A stretch of DNA of 64,000 nt from Hormiphora californensis (lineage: Eukaryota > Animalia > Ctenophora), in contig CM035353.1 in the NCBI GenBank assembly GCA_020137815.1, forward strand, positions 6,386,001-6,450,000. Direction: 5' to 3'. A program made the translations under genes and the position numbers. The notes below the pieces were generated by a model. It did not search any database. It was not told the DNA's origin and saw only the letters and a list, made by a program, of their open reading frames with translations. Below, piece after piece: positions 1-12,000 of the stretch. The first letter of the stretch is position 1. Every line of letters starts with the position of its first letter.

Positions 1-282
1 TTGTAGTTGCTCGGATAATGATAGAATTTTAGTTATACTATTGACGTAATCACTTTTACTCTCTTCACCCTCTCTTCCCCCTCTCTTCCCGGGTTTCATC
101 ATTTTCATTTACTGACGTATTCAGTATTGCATCATCCAGCATTTATAGGCATGTTCCCCCTCGGGACCCCGATTTACCGGGATGCTCGGGGAAAGAGTGA
201 TGCCCGGTATATCGGGGGAACATTTATCCGGGGGAATATTTCCCGGGTGGAAACTGGAAGTGTACCAATATCTGCATTTCAG

Positions 283-568
283 GACGAGACTAGACAGTAT
301 AACAGAATCAACTGACGGATCAACCTGGCGACGGATGCTCTCTGCATTCTCATCCTCTTTCAATCGGTCCCTGGATAACCTTGATTCCCGTGACAGCTGT
401 TACCTGACCTCCCGAGACAGTTGTCTCACATCACGGGATAGCTGTCACGTGACCTCAACAGAGAAACTAGCTACCGGGAAAAGAGCTCTCTCACTCTCAG
501 TGGGGACTAGCTTAGCTCACAGTAGCAAACATCCGAGTGGACTTGTCACATCAAAATCACTGGGTTAG
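283..568 (+). CDS. Probable terminal exon of an unidentified gene starting upstream of the window (Ser-rich, SRDSC repeats)
   Basis: Acceptor TGCATTTCAG at 273-282, then an open frame (TRLDSITESTDGSTWRRMLS...KSLG) to TAG 566-568. No family recognised. Confidence 0.4.
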
Positions 569-1001
569 TAAACAGTGATATACTGCTGTACACGACTATT
601 ATGTTAGCATGTGTAAAATACTGATGGGATACTGATATATCTATTCAACAATACAACTACTATTTTACTGAAGAAATATAAAAATAGCTTCCATTCTGAT
701 CGCATGCCCCCCCCCTAATCTGAACTATGTAATACCTAACCAAATTAACCCCTCACTCAGATAAGGGTGAACGTAGAGGGCTGAGAAAGAGACTGTTTTC
801 CTGGAACAGGAGACCACTGGGAACATTCATAGTTCTACGTGGAACTACCCTCGCTCAGTTCAATATAAATATCGTCAACGAGTTTCAGAAATTTAACAGT
901 AAGTAAAAAACAAGGTTCAATGATCGGGGGCCCGACTATTATCGATTATACGCCGAGTCACGTCTGTAACATCCCACCCTCCATACCAATTAAATCGATT
1001 T

Positions 1002-1152
1002 CTAACACCCCCTCCCTGCAGTACACGCATAACACCCCCCTCCCTGAAACACACCCATAACACCCCCCCTCCCTGCAACACACCCATAACACCCCCCTCC
1101 CTGCAACACACCCATAACACCTCCCTCCCTGCAACACACCCCCCTCCCTGCA
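1002..1152. repeat. ~28-bp minisatellite (CCCATAACACCCCCCTCCCTGCAACACA), ~5 copies
   Basis: Direct tandem repeat seen in sequence; it explains the repetitive ORFs 917-1406. Confidence 0.85.
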
Positions 1153-1604
1153 GTACAGCATACACAGGACGACACGGGCGGATATAAATGTAAGCACAGC
1201 AGCTCCAAGCGATCCTTCCTGGCACAAGGTGTAAAGTTTAGCCTCACCGCGGAGGAGAGACCTGCAGGGGATAGTGAACCTAGTGATAGTAACACTACCA
1301 ATGTTATTTGTGTTTCTATCATGTTCCGATCAGGTAATAATACAGTGTATGACCATATATGGGCATCACGTGACACACAACACCATATATGGGCATCACG
1401 TGACACATAACACCATATAACCTAGTGATAGTAACACTATCTATCTATCTATCTAGTGATAGTAACACTACCAACGTTATTTGTGTTTCTATCATGTTCC
1501 GATCAGGTTGGTCCCTCTCTCAATTAGTCTCCTAATATTGGTTATTGGAGTACTAGTTCTTCTCTATTATACTTACTTTCGAGTGTGCTGATATAACTAG
1601 GGAG

Positions 1605-1950
1605 CTAGAATCCTAGTTTCACGTACTGGATCAGAGGTATCTTTAGAGGAAAGAACTCCTTGAATCGTTTCCTAATCCCGTTTCGTAACAGTTCCCTAAT
1701 CTCAGGATCAACCAGAAAGTTCCGAAGGATCTGTGAAAAACTCCAGTTGGCCCTATTTAGACCCACCCAATCGGGACGACCATTCTCGCCTGTATTCAGA
1801 AAGGTAAAACAGGCCCTTATTTGCATGGACAGCTTTGAAAATAATATCCCTCTTCCACTTCCTTTGTCTTTCCCCTCTTCCCCCTTCCTATCGTTCCCTA
1901 TTTCTCCCTCCATATCCTCCAGGTATACTTCAGTGATAGTGATGGCAAGC
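1605..1950 (-). CDS. Candidate exon of an unidentified minus-strand gene
   Basis: Natural-looking open frame (…FLNTGENGRPDWVGLNRANWSFSQILRNFLVDPEIRELLRNGIRKRFKEFFPLKIP). A possible GTACGT donor near 1626 may join an acceptor at ~1262. No family recognised. Confidence 0.25.
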
Positions 1951-2021
1951 TAACCAGTGACACAGATTCCCACGCTTCTATAATCTCCAGTACTAGCTGA
2001 TGATATATATATTGTGTGAAG

Positions 2022-2130
2022 CAGCAACCGACCGAAACAAGTAAACAACCAATCAGAACTCGTTATTTAGGTCACGTGACTGGTTATCAGCCAATCAGCG
2101 ACCAGTATTTCCTGATTCGGTCGGTTCCTG
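2022..2130. mobile_element. 109-bp hAT-type MITE
   Basis: TIRs CAGCAACCGACCGAA / TTCGGTCGGTTCCTG (1 mismatch); 8-bp TSD GTGTGAAG at 2014-2021 and 2131-2138. Confidence 0.9.
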
Positions 2131-2572
2131 GTGTGAAGTGTATTATTGAGTCATCCAGGTTATTTAACGTGCGGGATATATTATAACAGGACGATCTGTT
2201 CCAGAACTTTTTCTTGCCATTCAAACTATTTAACAGGGATTTTTATTGTGACAGTAGGTATTTTATTTTTGTATTTTTTTTCTCGCATATATTATTTTTT
2301 GCCGGGTTCAACTTTTTTCAGTTCATCATTCATTATACAGTCAGAGTAGATTCATCCCTGTCTATTTTCAAAACATTAAAATTTCCATGATGATTTATTT
2401 GATTTCTCTGAAAGTATGATGTGTGTGTGTCCTAGCTGTATGATGATTGATTCACCCCTTATCATCACTCCTGACCAGTGTGTAAATACAAGCACGTTTA
2501 TAATTGTCCTATGTTAGAGATTTATCAGGCTAATATATATTCACAAGTTACAGCTGATCATCATTCATCTTA

Positions 2573-2655
2573 CTCGGACCCCGATTTACCGGGCACTCCA
2601 ATTTACCGGGAAAGCCCCTTTCCCCCGAGCATCCCGGTAAATCGGGATCCGACTG
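2573..2655. mobile_element. Short Tc1/mariner-like MITE family (CAGTCGGACCCCGATTTACCGGG termini); partial copies at ~161-240, 10812-10887 and 13229-13279
   Basis: Inverted termini TCGGACCCCGATTTACCGGG / CCCGGTAAATCGGGATCCGACTG with flanking TA; four copies in 13 kb. Confidence 0.75.
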
Positions 2656-3062
2656 TACTAGAGTTTTTGGAATTCGGAAGAGTTTATATTAATATAATAC
2701 AACAGTTTTTTTGTTTCAAAACATGTTTAGTCCATCTATAGAGAAGGTCGAACAAAGCAGGGTGCATCCATCCGTGTGTATAAAGTAAAAGGCACACTTT
2801 TTCTTCGTGTTTAAATGTCTTAAAACTTAGTATTTTCATAATTATCTTAACATCGATAACACCTGCTCCACTGCATTACTTCCACCCCTTTTACCCCAAC
2901 GCTCTACTACCATTTCCCCACCAAATTGACGTGTCCCCATATTGTTTCCACCCCTTCTTTCAGTATCTACCAGGTGCCTTATCTTCCCCCAAACTATACG
3001 CAGATAACAATATGAACCTCCTCCCCCCCATCCTACCAATATGTCTATATCCAGTTGTAGCC

Positions 3063-5240
3063 ATGTCAGTTACTACAAAGTGTGCATATTTCCGACTGGT
3101 TGTCAAGAAGGTGATACCAATGCGGCATATCGACCAACCCAAGTATCAACATAAGTACATCAGTGACCTGGGATTCGTCAAGCTACGGATGTTGTGAGTT
3201 GAATGTGAAACAGCATTTGCCGTACCGTACATTACTTGCCATATATTACTTTGATATGATTAGTTGCTACATTAGTTTTTCCACATTAGTTGCTACATAC
3301 ACGTGATTTTGAGAGACCTGTGATCGGTGGTATCCTGATCACTGCGCTGGCAAGCGCAAAGGTGGCCCCATCCAACCCCCCGAAAAAATTCCCCCAAAAA
3401 ACGGCCCGCTTGCTCACAGCGTATATATAGTTATTTCATACTTTTAGCCCATTTTGGCACTTTTTGACACGCCATAACTCCGGAACCGGATAAGCTAGGA
3501 AGCTGAAATTTTGTACTCAGAAGCTTCTTGTAGACATCTATCGATGGTAAAAATTTCAAGTGGCTAGCTCATTTTGTTCAAAAGTTATAACACCACCCCC
3601 AAAACAGAAAATTCAGTGTGGGGATAACTAGGTTGATACATACATAGATAGATGTATAGACGCTTTATTACCTTCCGTTTGGTCCCAGTTTGAGACGAAC
3701 CAGACATCGTACGACCTTAAACCAAGCGGCATTCGACAGATAATTGTCTCGTGCATGTACCCATTTGGGTGGCGACTCTCAATCTTACCTATGACGCGCG
3801 CAATGACGTCACGAGTGACGTCATTGTGCGAGTTCGACTAACTTTTTTCAAACGCCTCTAGCACCCTGAAGACGTGTTCCGATTTCTGATTTGACGAAAA
3901 ATCGTTACCGGCAAATTGTCTGAACTTTCAGTTACTATATTGCGAATTTTCGTAGCTTATCATTTTGAGCCCTTAAATCGCGTCGGAAGTCAAAAATTTG
4001 ACGAAAAATTCAGTAAAATGAACGTTTTTCGAGCAAAAACTCCCTTTCCTGACCACTGTGGTCAATGGGGGGGGGCCAACGAATTTTTTATATATTTCCT
4101 TAATTTTGGAATTTTTTATATATATATAAAAATATATAAAAATATATAAAAATATATAAAAATATATAAAGTTATATAAATAATATATAAAAATATATAA
4201 AAATATATAAAAATATATAAAATAAACCCTTTTTTCACCCCTTTTACTTTCAAAAAAGGGGATTATTTCCATCTATTGTTCACTTGAATATGTTTCATAG
4301 AGTTAATTTAAGTGTTTGAGAGGGTGATAGCTGTTTTACATAATTGAGAATGTGTTCAAAAGTGAATTATGCACTGTCAAAAGTAGAACTGGTGAAGAGA
4401 GGTTCCGGCCTAATAATATCTACCAGTTTTGGTGTGATTTCAATCATTTTTTGTATGTTGATCCGTACAGATGTACTAGAACTGGTCAAGAGAGGTTGGG
4501 ATCGCGAAACTAAAAAAACAAATCATTTTTGACGTCATTTTGACGTCATGGCGTTATTGACGCGACGTCACGATGTTACAAACGTCACATTGATGACGGA
4601 AAATCATCAGGATTATCTAGATGAAGATGCTGACCAAGTTTGAGATCAATTGAATGATATTTGATCCCGCTATGGCGAAAAACAGCTTTCTGTTTTCACA
4701 CTTTCGGCACAATTTTTTATATATTTTTATATATTTTTTATATATTTTTATATATTTTTATATATTCATATGTATTTTTATATATTTTTATATATTTTAT
4801 ATATATATAAAAAATTATGTTTTTTTTTTCCAAAAAAAAGGTATATAAAATATATAAAAATATATAAAAAATGAGCGTTGGCCCCCCCCCGGTCAATGAT
4901 ACTTTACAAGCTCCTTCAGGGTATTCATTCAAAATATATTGTGATGCAATTACGTCGTTACGACGTCACTAATTACGTCAGATGACGTCATAATGACGTC
5001 AAAATTACGATTTTCACAGAAATTCGTCTCGTTTCTCATATAACACATCATTTTGACAATTTTACATCATGAAATAATGTCATACTGACATTAGAAACCA
5101 AAAAGGGACCTAAATTAAGCCAAAAACTAATTGGAATTAGTTGGCGGGAAAGGTGGCCCACTTACACCTTTGCCTGATGCCGGGTTTTATTTTAAAATGT
5201 ATCAGGGATATAAGAAGTGAGTGAAATAGAGAAAGAGAAA

Positions 5241-5287
<47 letters not shown>

Positions 5288-8200
5288 AGATACCGACGTG
5301 AAGAGAATGACAGTTCGTGGTACCCGGTAGCAGCAAAAGGTGTAAGTGGGCCACCTTTCCCGCCAACTAATTCCAATTAGTTTTTGGCTTAATATATCCT
5401 TTTTAATCTGTCGTGTAAATCATATAAGATGACAGTCGCTGACTGCTTGTTACAAAGTACAATATGATGAACGCATACAGTACTGCGCTCATCATATTAT
5501 ACTTTGTTCTGTTACTCACTGTCAGGCCAATGCTCTGACCACAGTTCTCGCGCGCTCCGAGAATGGGTCAGGCCAATGCTCTGACAGGTTACTCAACAAG
5601 TTACATGTGTAATAATGTTATAACAGATCCCATGTACTATTTCAGTGATGATTCTGTCCCGGCGACCTGCAAGAACTTCCTCGACCTGTGCAATCACACC
5701 CATGGTTTCGGTTATAGGAGGTCTGTATTTCATCACGTGGTCAGAGGATTCGGTCTCTACGGAGGTAATTGTGAAAAACTACCCTAGTCCCTACCTCCCC
5801 CCCCCCCCCATACTCCCCCAATACTGCCCCCCCCCCCCTTGCCCCTATACTGCGGGTATGCATAATGATAATTGCGTGCCATCGCGATTCACAATTTAAA
5901 TTCTTCACCACGCGTCATGTATGACACTTTGCATTTCAGGGGACATTGTTGAAAGGAGTAAGGCGGCCCAACCATACGATACTACCAATGCAGGATTATC
6001 CTGGTCGGGCAAGGTAGAGAGCTGGGCAAAACCAGAGACATTGATTGTGCCCGAGGCGTCCCTGGGAACATGTGGCAGGTTGGTGTTAGTTAGTTTAGTA
6101 GTTCACCCTGCAGATCCAATCCCTATTTGTATTATATGCCTCCCCATCCACAGCTGCACCAGTGCAACCCCTGTGCCCTTCCAAAATCCAAGTCCACTAA
6201 TCCAAGTCCACTAATATAACTCATAATTTAGTCTACATATATTTTCTCTATCTCCTTTTCTCTCTCCCAATGCGTTCATATTGCATTTTCTGTGACGAGA
6301 TAAAAATAACCATTCTCAATATTCGTCATACATATGCTGCGATGTTGGATGTTGGTGCAATAAGAACTTTGAGTAGATCATGCAGTACCTTGTGATACAT
6401 ACTGTTCTGCAACAGTACTAACAACTGAGCTGTAGATGTTGGAATATGGGTTAGTCAGAATAGGAACAACATTACTAACGATGCCCTACGTGATAGTCAA
6501 TATGATGGAATGATATGTGATGGAATGACTTCGTTTGAGTACACTGCAGTACAGTTCAGGTTCTGAAGGAGATTCAATTTTTCTGACTTATATTGGAATT
6601 GTTTCCAATATAACCCCCTTGTAGTAACAAAAAACAAAAGGTTTGAGAATTTTAACAGCAATAAATATATGTCTGATATACAGCTAAATATTACAGATCC
6701 ATGTCGTTTAATCATACACAGTTCAGCTAGTACTACAGATAACGGGTCTCTACTGTCTCTTTTACTGATCAGGATCCTGAAGAGAATATGCACTGCAATC
6801 ACGTGATCGACCCTCTTTTCACGAACAAAACAGCTGAACGCGTGACACACAGTTTCTGTTTACTATATAAACCTTCTGTTTATATACAGTATCGGCATAT
6901 CTCTGTCTATATCTTGTACACCATGCAAAAGTGTCTGAGCAGAGTCTGAATTGATTCGCTGGTTCGATAGAGTATTATAAACTGGTACAATTGAAGCTGA
7001 CTCAATACCGCATTGAAGCTGACTCAATACCGCATTGAAGCTGGCTCAATACCGCATTGAAGCTGACTCAATACCGCATTGAAGCTGACTCAATACCGCA
7101 TTGAAGCTGACTCAATACCGCATTGAAGCTCACTCAATACCGCATTGAAGCTGACTCAATAGCGCATTGAAGCTCACTCAATAGCGCATTGAAGCTCACT
7201 CAATACCGCATTGAAGCTCACTCAATAGCGCATTGAAGCTCACTCAATACCGCATTGAAGCTGACTCAGTAACGCATTGAAGCTGACTCAATACCGCATT
7301 GAAGCTGACTCAATACCGCATTGAAGCTGACTCAATACCGCATTGAAACTGACTCAATACCGCATTGAAGCTGACTCAATACCGCATTGAAGCTCACTCA
7401 ATGCCGCATTGAAGCTGACTCAATGCCGCATTAAAGGTGACTCAATAGCCGCATTGAAGCTCACTCACTACCGCATTGAAGCTCACTCAATAGCGCATTT
7501 TCTTTCTCTGGAAGGTTCTGGCATTCTTAGTAAATGCGAGATAGAGGACTCCGTTGAGAAGCGAGGCTGTAATCGGCCAGAAATTGAACGTCAGATAATT
7601 GCCTGTCATCTTTGTAGTTATAGCATTCATTTGCTCTTCAAATTCCACGGACTGCAGGGTATAGGCAAATTTTAGAGTTATATTGGTGTAGATAGAGATA
7701 CCCATGGACACGGCACTGTTGAAGTTAAGCAGGGTTATCTTTATTGTGCCCATCAGAGATCGCTTCTGGCCACCCACCGGATGTATGTAAAGCCATACCA
7801 AGTACGCGAGAGTTAAAAGAGATGAGGTCATACCGGTGAAGTTGATGACTGAAACTGATGCGAGCAAAATCAGATAAAGCATGGGACCTTCCAAATTCGG
7901 AAAATAAATACCTAAATCGACGGGCTTAACGGCTACAGGCCACCTCTTACTAAATAACCAGGTCATATAAAGAGGGACGAAGAGAACAGAAAGTAGTGTT
8001 CCAACCAGAATATATTTTAGGGGCAGGTGTGCGAAGGGCCATCGAATCTGGATAAATCGAACAGTAGCAAAAATGGCCGTTATTATGATAGGAGCATACT
8101 GCAAGGTCCATACCACACCCGATACCGACAGGTCAAAGAAACTGGGCCTTTGGAATTTAGAATACAACATGTAGTTGTCCTCGCAGAGAACACTCGAAAG

Positions 8201-8776
8201 GTTGTACTTCAGATAGGACTCCATGTCGCCCCAACATTCTGGATCTTTATCAGCCCACAGCTGGGACAATGCTACTGGGCAAAGGACCAGACTGGAGAGG
8301 ACGTCAACGCATGCAAGGATTATGTAGAGGCACTGAGAAATGGAATACTTTTTGTAGAAGTTGTGTCGGATTACCATCGCATTTAAAGGGGCAGATATCA
8401 ACCCCAAGACAGCCAGAATCATCAGCAAACCAAAGTCAGGAAAGGTCGTTTTTCCTTCGCTAAAAACTGCCATTTTTCTCTGAGGGACAAATGTAAAAAA
8501 GTCAATAAAATGTTTACAAATCAAACCTACCCTCCTAAAGCATTGTCTTTCAGATGGCTTTAGAGTTTAGATGCTGGCAGCAATGACTCCTTTTTGTATA
8601 ACAGGACGCCAACAGTAACAGTTTTATACTATCGCGTCCTCAAAGCAATTATATAATATTGTCATAAAATTCTCGTTAAACTTGACCTCAACCAACTTAT
8701 ATGAGTCCACGTGCTACCTTGATATATATATGCTATAACAAGTTGATAGCTCTGTTATAGCTTACATCACGCCCTA

Positions 8777-8868
<92 letters not shown>

Positions 8869-8983
8869 TCTCTCTCACACACTCTCTCTCTCACACACTC
8901 TCTATCTCTCTCTCACACACACACACACACTCTCTCTCTCTCTCACACACACACACACTCTCTCTCTCTCACACACACACACA

Positions 8984-9042
<59 letters not shown>

Positions 9043-12000
9043 CGCCCCCCTCCCCCTCCGTGACTATATTTTGGGATGGTCAAACTGCCCACGAGGACAG
9101 TCTAAACGAGACAACGTTAGAGCTCTTAGAAGTTTTATAATTATTCAACACGTACATTTAAGCTGAGATATATAATTACGGCCTGACAGTGGTCAGTGAT
9201 CTGTGGTTTGTGTTAGCCTAGGCTATACTATCATGAACAGGACTTGTATTAATCGAAACCCGCAATCTGCTTGTTGCCACCAAAACATCTACCTGGATTG
9301 AAAATGAAACATTGGAATCAAGATGGGATGTTGTGGTATATTTAAGGGTACGCTAACCAAAAATTTTTTTCGAGTGCAGGGAAATCTCTCACCGTAGGGT
9401 TGTAGGCCATACCAAGGAGACCTCAAATATGCAATTTTAGCCCTTAAGTCGAATTCATATTTTTGCTACAGCTGTTTAAAAAATGTCCTGAAAATACGTT
9501 TTTGGCATCTCAAAAAATTTTTTTCAAAGATAGGAGCATGAAAATTTGGGGATTTGAAGAGGACATGAAGGTGAATAACCACAAAAAATTTTTTTGCAAT
9601 CCGAGCTGATTTCCGGTCCTGAGATGGATTTCTTTTTTTCCACTTTAACGCCCTATTTGGCAAAGTTCCGAAAACATGTGAAAGCTGTAAATTGGTGAAA
9701 AGTTGCGTCTAACGATTATCTAAGTGGCCATAAATTTTGGGCGTGTCCTTATTTGAGATAAGCTGTACAGAGTTTTTTTTGTGAAAGCCGTCATTTCAGA
9801 AATAAATAAATTCCCTGTATCTCAAAAACGGCTGATCGTAGAGACCTGAGACTATGCTTAAACGATTCAGAAGGTCCGATTTTGGGGGGGTCTTCTGAGA
9901 GACATTTTGCTCCTACTTCAACCGTTTTTGCTGTAATTGCGAAAAACAATAACCCATCTTCGCCATCGCGGATTTTTTGTGATTTTGTTTTTGATGATTA
10001 TAGGGACCCATATGGACCAAATAGTGAAGAAATTAGCTTGTTAAACATTTTTCCATAGTTTCGGCCCTTTCTTAGCTAAAATTCCCTAATTACAGGATAT
10101 TGGAGTTTAGCTTTTGCCCTTTTCATAGAATTTGTTTTTCGCAATTACAGCAAAAACGGTTGAAGTAGGAGCAAAATGTCTCTCAGAAGACCCCCCCAAA
10201 ATCGGACCTTCTGAATCGTTTAAGCATAGTCTCAGGTCTCTACGATCAGCCGTTTTTGAGATACAGGGAATTTATTTATTTCTGAAATGACGGCTTTCAC
10301 AAAAAAAACTCTGTACAGCTTATCTCAAATAAGGACACGCCCAAAATTTATGGCCACTTAGATAATCGTTAGACGCAACTTTTCACCAATTTACAGCTTT
10401 CACATGTTTTCGGAACTTTGCCAAATAGGGCGTTAAAGTGGAAAAAAAGAAATCCATCTCAGGACCGGAAATCAGCTCGGATTGCAAAAAAATTTTTTGT
10501 GGTTATTCACCTTCATGTCCTCTTCAAATCCCCAAATTTTCATGCTCCTATCTTTGAAAAAAATTTTTTGAGATGCCAAAAACTTATTTTCAGTTCATTT
10601 TTCAAGCAGCTGTAGCAAAAATATGAATTCGACTTGAGAGCTCAAATTGCATATTTGAGGTCTCCTTGGCATGGCCTACAACCCTACGGTGAGAGATTTC
10701 CCTGCACTCGAAAAAAATTTTTGGTTAGCGTACCCTTAAAGTGCGTAAGACCCTAATCGTGGGAAACTTCCCGGGACCATAGTACTAATCATGGGAAAGA
10801 TATGTTGTATACAGTCGGACACCGGTTTACCGGGATGCTCGGGGAAAGGGTTCTGTCCGGTAAATTGGGTTGCCCGGTATATATCGAGATGTCAAGATAA
10901 AAATAACCATTCTCAATATTCGTCATACATATGCTGCGATGTTGGATGTTGGTACAATAAGAACTTTGAGTAGACCATGCAGTACCTAGTGATACATACT
11001 GTTCTGCAAAAGTATAAAAGAACAGGAACTCGACAGAGTAGGAACGTGATCTTAGTTTCGTCCTGCATATGCTACTAAACATGCGATGAAATGAATTCTC
11101 ATGTCAGTTGTAATAGAGACTGATTTAGTTTTTCTTCCAAAATCACAACTCAAACCTTTCTAACAGCACACCATGAACGATACAAGTGCAATATACCTGA
11201 CTACATCCCAAACTATACCCCTTGCAGTATATTGCTTCTTTGTCACCCTCTTTGGTCTCACCGGTAATGGCCTAGTCCTATACTCCTCACTACGCTATGA
11301 TGCCATTAAACTTGATGAAGTCTCCCTGGAGTTCGTTAGAACTCTAGCTCTAGCGGACATTCTCTATACCGTCTGTATTGTCCTCCCCCAGTTTGTAACC
11401 TTCGCTGCTCGTCGCTGGGTCTTGGGACCGGTTTACTGTGTGTTGCAGGGTGAGATTGGAATGGTTCCTGGATCTCTCAACACCCTCACCGTCTTTGCGA
11501 TATCATGTTACCGGCTCAAACTGGTCATCTCGCCCTTCCACCAGATCTCACTGCGATCAGCCCGGATTATCATTGGCTTTATCTGGCTACTGGCACTAAC
11601 CCCTCTTGTGCTGATAGAGTCCTACCAACTAGGGGCACACTTCGACCCAAACATTGCGAGGTGTGTCGGGGACATTTACGATCATGACGAGGCCAGAGGA
11701 CCTCTGATGATCTTGGTAGGGATCATCGTCTTTATACCTTTGTTTGGAATTATTGGTATAAATTTCGGCCTATTGGGGGTCGCTCTCCGTCTCCAAAGCT
11801 CCAGAAACAGCGGTCCAAGTCGTGGAATCAACTTTAAAGCTCTACTGGTCATTCTAGCTCTGTCTGGTCTGTTTATGTTCAGCTGGGGTCCCTACCTCGT
11901 CTACACTTTTATCAAGATCAAAACACCCGAGGTCTCTCAACAGTTCACCCTGGTGGTTTTCAACTTCCTTCTCCTCAACGTCTTTGGTAATCCATTTCTC

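Noticed and set aside
6990-7498. CRISPR-like array (also 37541-37737 and 15710-16810)
   Set aside because: Head-to-tail repeats with no unique spacers, no cas genes, eukaryotic context.
9346-10735. piggyBac MITE, and the twin 65-aa ORFs at 9466 and 10418
   Set aside because: Termini are GGG…CCC rather than piggyBac CCC…GGG. The ORFs are mirror products of the TIRs with non-ATG starts.
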